A DNA stretch of 20,000 nucleotides from Chiloscyllium plagiosum (lineage: Eukaryota): contig NC_057720.1 of the NCBI RefSeq assembly GCF_004010195.1, positions 29,288,006-29,308,005 of the forward strand. Direction: 5' to 3'. The position numbers and the translations under genes are program-made. Under the pieces are notes generated by a model, which made no database searches, was not told where the DNA came from, and worked only from the letters and a program-made list of their open reading frames with translations. Shown one piece after another: positions 12,333 to 20,000 of this stretch (position 1 is its first letter; every line of letters begins with the position of its first letter).

Positions 12333-12680
12333 TATATATCGAATAGATTTTATCCAATACAGAACTGCACTGATGTAATGGCATAGTTTAATAGTTAGTA
12401 CCAGACTGCTCATGTTTCTGTGGTTTTGGACATGAGTTGTGTAGTTCTTCAATCTATGAAAGTTCTAATTTAAAGGAAACATGATTTACCTGCTCAACCA
12501 AGCAGCTAAGTTTAATATTTTTGTACAATGAGAGGTTATAGGATAATATTTTTAAACATTGTACATTGTTATAAACATATTTATTTTTTATTTTAACATC
12601 TGGCCATTACTTTAAATACTTTTAAGTTGAACTTCCTGAAAGATAAAAATAAACAAAAGCTGATTCGGGGATTCATCAAA
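12333..12680 (+). promoter_or_regulatory. Probable MKNK1 3' UTR with first canonical poly(A) signal AATAAA at 12648-12653
   Basis: AU-rich sequence after the stop with several TGTA and ATTTA motifs upstream of AATAAA. Further AATAAA at 13040, 13073, 13108 and 13331, so the true end is uncertain. Confidence 0.5.
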
Positions 12681-14265
12681 AGAAAGGAGATTACTCTTCA
12701 GGTCAATGCAAAGCATTTACTTAGTCAGTCACTTTATATCTCAGATTTCAGTGTTCATATTTCCTGTATGTGTACCACTACACTTACCAAGTTGCACATC
12801 ATTTTGCCAATCATGACCCTGATCTCCCAACACATCATGGTCTGTCTGCCTTAAACAGTCTCTGAGCATCCACCATCCCACTGCTGACATGATGGCATAT
12901 TTTTCAAATTTTCACATTGTGACCCCAACAACTACATCAAGATCTTTGAATTGATTTATTGTCATGCATATTTATAACAAATACAGTAAAAAGTGTTGTT
13001 TCACATCACTACTCTCCAGTGCTATCTTCAAACACAGAAAATAAACCAAAACATAGAATATAAAGCCAGAAGAATAAAACAATAATGTCATCTTCTAGTC
13101 TTATCTCAATAAATTTGGAACAGTTCCTGCTTCTAGTTCAGCCATGGGCCTGGATTTGGGATTCGATCATTATCTACCTTGAGAGGTTTAGCAGTACTAT
13201 ACGTTAATTTCAGCTAAGGGAATCCATATTGGAGATAATATTTACATGGTATGTGTGTGTTTGGCCTACTGGGAATGAAGGTTTTATTCAACTTTGGAGA
13301 AAGCTGACTTTGTATTTAGGTCGAAAGTATAATAAAGAATGCATCTGACAGTTGCAGGTGAAGAGTTCCACTTGTCTGTAGAGTTATTGCCGCCTTTAAA
13401 TAGTAATGGATGTGTGGTAAGTGTGCTCTTGTCAACTGGGAAAATATGAAGGATGGCAAACCTTATGTTTTGTATGAATGCAATAGATATTCTTGACGTG
13501 AATTTCAATGCTGCTCTTTGGGTAACTTTTTTTTTGTATTCTGAAAGGATGTGATTTTTTTCAAATGATACTTAAAATTGTTTTCACCACCTTAAAACAT
13601 TGAACAATTTTTTTTGTTTTAATGATATATAGATTTGAATATCATTGTGCATATCATGAGAAGTGTATACAGTGTAATTGTTATGTCCTTGCCCTTCTCC
13701 AGGAATAGGCTGGAATGTGGAGTAATCAAAACAGCTTTCATCTTTCAGCAGAACAGACTCGAGGCTCCTTGTTTGTATGTTTGTATGAATTTCTTCCACT
13801 ATAAGCTGCTCCACAGTGTGTGCTATTTCCCCAAATGTATCAAATTGTATCGCTTGTAACGTTTGCAAAACAGCTATTAACATCAAGTGCTCCCATGTGG
13901 AGTTGTTAGTATTTGCTGACACTGGACATTGTGACAAAAGGATTGGATGCTGAAAGCACTCTCCCATCCTCCCTCAACACTAATGGATAAATGCATGTTT
14001 AGGTTTCACTCATCATTGGCATTCATACAGCAGAATACTGAAATTCTGTAGTATTTTTTCCCTCTGACCCATTTAACAAAACATTAATTTTGTTTATTTA
14101 AAAACAAGAAAAAAAGGAAAAATTAGCATCAGGAATCGTGGAGGAGGGATTCCGTTTGGTAACTGTGAGCAGGGAATGTCATTCTGTTCATGCACTCATT
14201 AAAATATTTACATGAAATTATTTCAGCACTGAGAAAAGACAAATCAAAACAGTATAGTCTTTACA

Positions 14266-14590
14266 TTTTTTTTAACTCATTCATGGGTTGAGGGTATCTC
14301 TGGCATTATGCCTATGCCTAATATGCCCAGAGAGCAGTTTGGAGTCGACCACATTGCTCTGGGTTAGGACTCTCATGTAGGCCAGTCCAGATAAGGATGG
14401 CGTTTTCCTTCCCTGCTCCAAATGGTTTTTTTTCTGACAATCGACAATGGTCATTAATCTCTTAATTCCAGATTTTTAAAATTGAATTCAAATTCCACCT
14501 TCTGCTTTGCCACGGCAGGATTTAAGCTCAGGTCTCCAGAATATTACCTGGATCTCAGGTCTAGTATGATGCCACTAGGCCATCGCCTCC
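14266..14590 (-). mobile_element. Second SacSINE1/Deu-SINE-like element
   Basis: Shares GAGTC.ACC.CATTGC and TTTCCTTCCCT blocks with 9117-9527; TTGAATTCAAATTCCACC; minus-strand head GGAGGCGATGGCCTAGTGG. Confidence 0.78.
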
Positions 14591-15634
14591 TTTTGAAATG
14601 GGGAGTTTGTTCATATCAAGTATAAATACCTTTGTTTTATAATGCAAAACACCCATATTTACCTAGGTTTACCTTCAGATGCTGCACAGCATGTTGCACA
14701 ACTTTTCATTGACAACTGTTCAAGAGTTTAAAGAGAAGTTGATTTCTGTGCCTGCTTTGATCGAGTACAATAATGAGATTTGTTTTCTGCATCTAGTGCC
14801 TTCTATCTGTTGCCATAGCTTTGTTAAAAAGAATTAGTTTTAAGTATGGATAGTAACGGTTGCAGCATCACAATGAAGGGAAGCAATCATATTTGTGTAA
14901 TCTTGACAATGCTGAGATTGAGAGTTCCCTATCAAAATGATGGGTGGAATATTCCCCACCCTGAGCAATGTGGGCAATGGTAAGTCAGTATGGAAGACAT
15001 GATGAGATTGGAAAAATGAGCATGGTGCAACTATTGCTAGTGTATATTAGTACATTTCTTCATCTCATTGATCTGTAGTTTCCCATGCACTTAGATGCTG
15101 ACAATTCCTGACAAGAAAGTGAAAAGATAGTACCTGACAGCTCTAATTTGTTGCTTGCTCCTCTGACACACCAACTTGAACAGCAGTCCCAACAGCGCTG
15201 GTTAAACTCCATGGGCAGTAAGCATCTGCAAAAATCCATCCTCTCTAACCCTCTTGTGGATGGTGGCATCAAACATGGACCAACTTCACCATGTGATTGT
15301 TGAACATCTCCCACCCACTTATGATACAGTTCTCCACTTCAGTGCTGCATTCTGGAATGACTGACACCTTTCATATAATGTTGCTAGGACACCATGCATG
15401 GACAGGCACCCATTTTGTGTATTGGACCAGGGTGTGTCTCAGGTTCTTCACTTGTTTTCTTAGTGCCCAGACACTTTGCACTTGGAGCATCATAGCCTTG
15501 CCATGCCATCTCATTCCAAACTTAAAGGTTAAGAGTATTTTTGACTTATTGTGTATTTGGTGCAAACACAAAGCTAGGCAGCTTGATATGGTTGGCAGAG
15601 TGACCATTCGAGGGTGGGCATGTTCTGGATTTGT

Positions 15635-15716
15635 GGGGCTGGAAAAGCACAGCAGTTCAGGCAGCATCCGAGGAGCAGTAAAATCAATGTTTCGGGCAAA
15701 AGCCCTTCATCAGGAA
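15635..15716 (-). mobile_element. Penelope-like terminal-repeat fragment containing a minimal hammerhead-ribozyme-like core
   Basis: Minus strand reads TC-CTGATGA-A-GGGC-TTTT-GCCC-GAAAC-ATTGATTTTACTGCTCCTCGGATGCTGCCTGAACTGCTGTGCTTTTCCAGC. Confidence 0.75.
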
Positions 15717-16500
15717 TGGTATGTTGCTGTACAGCACCATGCTATGTCAATGTAACTCCTGCACCATATGCCAATAGCTTGTACAGCAAATGTACTGCAT
15801 GCGTTTTAATCAAATAGCCATTTCTCAAAGTCTGAGGGGAGTGAGTAGTGCTTAGTCAGGTCAAGGAAGGTCTTCAGTCAGTGATAGTAGCATAATAGCA
15901 TAATCTGAACATCATCAGACCAGATGTTTGGTCAGTCAGCCACTTAGGACATCTAAGGTCAGGGATTCTGTACCTCAGCACTTCAAGGAGTTGGCCATGG
16001 TCAATCCTTCAGGTTCAGTTCAGTGAGTTGAGAATTTGCAGTAAGTCAGTTGGAGAGTTACGCAATTATCATCCTGGTTCGTTCATTCGTCAGAGTTGGT
16101 CAAGAAAGTTCTGAGGGTCTGTTCACTAAATTATTCAGAGTAAGAGGTGAAGTGGAGGTTGGATAATACTTGTGAAGTGGGGGAGTGAGCTCACCATATA
16201 AGAGTGAGAGTGGTAGAGCATAGGAGAGCAAGGGGTTCTACGGGCCGGGGGTGGGAGGGTCATTAAATATCAGCACTACTGAGGATCTAGTGGAAAGACA
16301 GTGTGAGACTGTTTGGACTGGGTATGATGTATCTCTGAGGCTCAAATATAAAGTGGGTGGATGACCAGTTAAGTAAGTGGGTTGGAATGTGGATAAAAAT
16401 TAAAACTGATGTGGTTGGGGAGGAGAAGGAATATGAAAATTTGTGGTGGTGGAGAGGGGCTGGGGGTTAGCATTTAAACTCAAGGACTTGATCCTGTGAT

Positions 16501-16673
16501 TCACTTTGGGCAAAAGCACTTCATCAGGAATGATGAAGCCCTTCATCCTGATGAAGGTCTTTTTCCTGAAATGTCGATTTTCCTGCTCCTCGTGCTGCCT
16601 GACCTGCTATGCTTTTCCAGCACCACTCTAATCTTGAGTCTAATCTCTAGCATCTGCAGTAGCCACTTCTACT
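16501..16673 (+). mobile_element. Penelope-like terminal-repeat fold-back element with hammerhead-like core
   Basis: 16546-16620 is the inverse-oriented homolog of 15640-15715 (CTGATGA 16548-16554, GAAA 16568-16571, then TGTCGA), preceded by an inverted partial copy at 16505-16529. Possible imperfect TSD CTGTGAT (16494) / CTGTCAT (16674). Confidence 0.75.
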
Positions 16674-16795
16674 CTGTCATGATGTGGCAAAGATACAAGG
16701 AGCTGCAGTTGCTTGTGTTCAATATGCTATGAAAATAAGAAAGGGGCAGTGTTGCTGTGCTCTTCCCAAGAGTGGAGGTCAGAATGCCGTGTTAT

Positions 16796-17280
16796 GTTGT
16801 CCAGTGCAACATCACCTACCACAAGGCAGCCCCTTCACATCAGATCATGTCTGCTTTGTAAGCTTTTATCCAGGAGAACACTACTTGATCTTCTGCTCAA
16901 AACAACTGGACGCTATGCCATAGATAGATAGCAGGGATTTGTAAGAGCTACAGCATTGTGCCGAGTATGAATGTATGGATGTTCTTCAGTTGGAATAACA
17001 ATGTCAGCCACAGCAATGCAGAAAGAACTTCCTTGTGAACATCAATGAAAGAACGTTTCACAAAGTTATCTTTTGCAGACTGCAAATGTTTTGATACTGC
17101 TGAGGTCAGCATCCCCTTTGTAATTCCATCTGCAAGTACAACTTAAAGCTTGAAGCTTTATTTATTTCATGTTGTTTAATAGAAGTTAAGGATACAAATG
17201 GATATAAATTTTCACAAGATCCAAATGCTCCTTCACTCAATTCAGACAAAGGAACAGGCCATTCAGCCCTTTTGAGTCTC
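16796..17280 (+). repeat. Local duplication, copy A of segment X
   Basis: Aligns by eye end to end with 18612-19387 once the 291-bp CR1 insert and one TSD copy are removed. Confidence 0.95.
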
Positions 17281-18240
17281 TCCACATTCAATATGATCAT
17301 GGCTGATCATCCAGCTCAGGACCACTTTCTCACCATATCCTTCGATCTCTTAACCCAAAAGCTATGTCCAACTCCTCTTGAAAACATTGAATGTGCAGTA
17401 TTGGCTGCAACTGTTTTCTGTGGCAGAGATCCACAGGGTCACCACTTTCTAGATGAATAAACTTTCTCCTCATCTGAGGCCTAACCTGTATCCTTAGAAT
17501 GTGACCCTCGATTCTCGACATCCCAGTCATCAGGAACAGCTTTCTGACATTTATTCTGTCTAGTTCTTCTGGAATGCTATGGGTTTCTACAAGATTCTTC
17601 CTTATTCTTCTGGACTCCATGAATACAGACCTAACTGATCCAGATTCTCTTCATGCACAAGTCCTACCAACCCAGGAATCAGTCTGGTAAACCTCTTTGT
17701 ACTTCCTCCGTAGCTTTCTTCAGATAAGGAGACCAAAATAGCACACGATACAGCAGCTGTGTTCTCACCAGGGCCAAGAATTGCAGCAAGATATTCCTGT
17801 TCTTTTACCCAAACATCCTTGCGATAAAGGTCAACAAACCATTTGCCTTCTTCAATGCTTCCTGCACTTTCCTTCTTTCAGTGACTAGTATATGATGGCA
17901 CCCATTGTACTCTGTCCATTCCTAATCTGTCACCACTCAATCTGCATTCTTGTTTTTGCTGTAGAAGTAAATAACTTCACATTTATCCATGTTATACTTC
18001 ATCTGCCTTGCATTTGCCTCCTTACTCAATTTGTCTAAATCACAGTGAAGCATCTCTGCATCCTGTTCACTGTTCACCCTCCCACTCAGCTTGGTACTCT
18101 CTGCAAACTAGGCGATTTAGTTCTATCACCTAAATCATTCATCTATTACAGTGAATAGCTGAGGTCCAAGCACTGATCCCTGGGGTACCCCCCTAGTCAC
18201 AGGCTGCCAGTTGGAAAACAAAAGGCCTGTTCATTCTGCC
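17248..18240 (-). mobile_element. Degraded CR1 LINE, RT core to 3' end, with internal deletions
   Basis: Minus strand encodes WQPVTRGVPQGSVLGPQLF and a degenerate FA..TKL; 3' tail GATCAGCCATGATCATATTGAATG..GGGCTGAATGGCCT. Confidence 0.88.
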
Positions 18241-18257
18241 ATGAAAAAGATATTTCT

Positions 18258-18611
18258 TTCACCACCCTTGTCAGTTTTCTGCAGGGACCCTTCACTCTGA
18301 GACTCCCTTGTCAACTCTATATTCCCCATCAACTTCACCATACTCAGTATCTTTCTCTGCAACCGCAAGAGGTGCAATACCTACTCCTACACTTTCCCTG
18401 TCACCTCCGTCTAAGGCCCCAAACAATCCTTCCAGATCAGACAGAGATTCACCTGCACTTCATCCAACCTCATCTATTGCATCCCTTGCTCCTGATGTAG
18501 TCTCCTATATATCGGATAGACAAAACATAGGCTGGGGAACCAGTTTGCTGAGCATCTGTGCTCTGCGTGCATGAACCAACCCGACCTTCCGGTTGCCATC
18601 CATTTTAATTC
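18258..18611 (+). mobile_element. Penelope-like retroelement remnant: Cys-rich linker and GIY-YIG endonuclease, pseudogenised
   Basis: Frame reads ..CNRKRCNT..GPKQSFQIRQRFTCTSSNLIYCIPCS*CSLLYIG*TKHRLGNQFAEHL..PDLPVAIHFNS. LIY at 18469-18477, YIG at 18508-18516; in-frame stops. Confidence 0.88.
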
Positions 18612-19387
18612 GTTATCCAGTGCAGCATCACCTACCACAAGACAGCCCCTTCACATCAGATCATGTCTGGTATTGAAAGGTATTATCCAGGAGAATCCTT
18701 TTTCCACGTATGGAGTCAGCTATTATGAGGGGGCATAGCTTTAAATTAAGGGATGGTAGGTATAGGACAGATTTTAGGAGTAGATTCTTTACTCAGCGAG
18801 TCGTGAGTTCATGGAATGCCCTGCCAGTAGCAGTGGTAGACTCTCCCTCTTTATGGGCATTTAAACGGGCATTGGATAGGCGTATGGAGGATAGTGGGCT
18901 AGTGTAGGTTAGGTGGGCTTGGATCGGCGCAACATCGAGGGTCAAAGGGCCTGTATTGTGCTGTATTTTTCTATGTTCTATGTTCTAGAACACTGCTTGA
19001 CCTTCTCTTCAAAATAGCTGGAGGTTATGGAATGGATAGCAGGGATTTGTAAGAGCTACAGCATTGTGCCAAGTAAGAATGTATGGATGTTCTTCAGTTG
19101 GAACAACAATGTCAGCCACAGCAATGCAGAAAGAGCTTCCTTGTGAACATCAATGGAAGAATGTTTCACAAAGTTATCTTTTGCAGACTGCAAGTGTTTT
19201 GATACTGCTGAGGTCAGCGTCCTCTGTGTAATCCCATCTGCAACTACAACTTAAAGCTTGGAGCTTTATTTATTTCAAGTTGTTTAATAGAAGTTGAGGA
19301 TACAAATGGATATAAATTTTCACAAGATCCAAATGCTCCCTCATTCATTCCAGACAAAGGAACAGGCCATTCAGCCCTTTGAGCCTC
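18612..19387 (+). repeat. Local duplication, copy B of segment X, interrupted by a CR1 insertion
   Basis: Homologous to 16796-17280. Confidence 0.95.
18696..18986 (+). mobile_element. 5'-truncated CR1 LINE 3' end (291 bp) with AGAA target duplication
   Basis: ORF RGHSFKL..FFTQRVVSSWNALP..FKRALD; (TTCTATG)n tail; AGAA at 18692-18695 and 18987-18990; empty site TATCCAGGAGAACACT in copy A near 16867-16882. Confidence 0.93.
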
Positions 19388-19582
19388 CCAATGTAGTCTC
19401 CTCTATTTCGGAGAGACGAAACATAGTCTGGGGAACCAGTCTGTGTAACATCTGTGCTCTGCATGCATGAACCAATCCGACCTTCCGGTTGCCCTCCACT
19501 TAATTCCCTTTTCCACTCCCCTGACAACATGTCCATCCATGGCCTCCTCCACTATCAGAGTGAGACCAAATGGAAACTGGAG
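19385..19582 (+). mobile_element. Second Penelope-like GIY-YIG remnant
   Basis: SQCSLLYFGETKHSLGNQ..HLCSACMNQSDLPVALH../..NMSIHGLLHYQSETKWKLE; paralogous to 18489-18611 and extending further 3'. Confidence 0.85.
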
Positions 19583-20000
19583 GGTAGTTGTCATGGGGGA
19601 CTTCAACTTTCCAAATATTGACTGGGAACACTATAGTACGAGTACTATAGATGGGTCAGTTTTTGTCCAGTGTGTGCAGGAGGGCTTCCTAATACAGTAT
19701 GTAGACAGGCCAACCAGGGGCGAAGCCACATTAGATTTGGTACTGTGTAATGAGCCTGGCCAGGTGTTAGACTTGAAATTAGGTGAGCACTTTGGTGATA
19801 GCGATCACAATTCTGTTATGTTTACTTTAGTGATAGAAAGGGATAGGTGTATACCACTGGGCAAGAGTTACAGCTGGGGGAAAGGCAATTACGATGCGAT
19901 TAGGCAAGATTTAGGAAGCATAGGATGGGGAAGGAAACTGCAGAGGATGGGCACTTTAGAAATGTGGAGCTTATTCAAGGAAAAGCTCCTGAGTGTCCTA
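19581..20000 (+). mobile_element. CR1 LINE ORF2, APE endonuclease region, open frame running off the window
   Basis: 140 codons without a stop: RVVVMGDFNFPNIDW..FLIQYVDRPTRGEATLDLVLCN..HFGDSDHNSV.. with the GDFN, LDL and SDH motifs of the APE domain. Confidence 0.93.

Noticed and set aside
12940..13160. Possible repeat remnant in the distal 3' UTR region
   Set aside because: Looks repeat-like (GATTTATTGTCA..AAATACAGT) but I cannot assign a family or boundaries without a search.
15060..15817. Overlapping 67-152 aa ORFs as a downstream gene
   Set aside because: No recognisable domain or splice pattern, and they partly run through the Penelope-derived repeat.
19631..19650. Perfect 9-bp inverted repeat CTATAGTAC-GA-GTACTATAG
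   Set aside because: Lies inside CR1 coding sequence with a 2-nt loop; no evidence of separate function.

Overview
Vertebrate genomic DNA, very probably a shark or other elasmobranch judging by its repeat families (HE1-like V-SINE, SacSINE1/Deu-SINE-like SINEs, CR1 LINEs, Penelope-like elements). The + strand carries the last six coding exons of MKNK1 (MNK1 kinase): 584-639, 4483-4578, 6208-6402, 9848-10012, 10904-10947 and 12086-12332. They splice into one uninterrupted frame running from the HRD catalytic loop to the MAPK-docking tail and stop, followed by a 3' UTR. Introns and the downstream region contain CR1 fragments, SINEs, Penelope-like GIY-YIG remnants and short Penelope-derived elements with minimal hammerhead-ribozyme cores. 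The most notable points are: (1) a GC-AG intron after the 44-nt exon whose skipping makes human MNK1b; (2) a 252-nt AG-free zone with a candidate distant branch point before the DFD/activation-loop exon; (3) hammerhead-like motifs in fold-back elements, and a related 120-bp insertion with a perfect 14-bp target duplication; (4) a ~1.8-kb tandem duplication whose history can be read from the two copies. I see no evidence of a wholly new system. Family names come from recall and manual alignment, not database searches.
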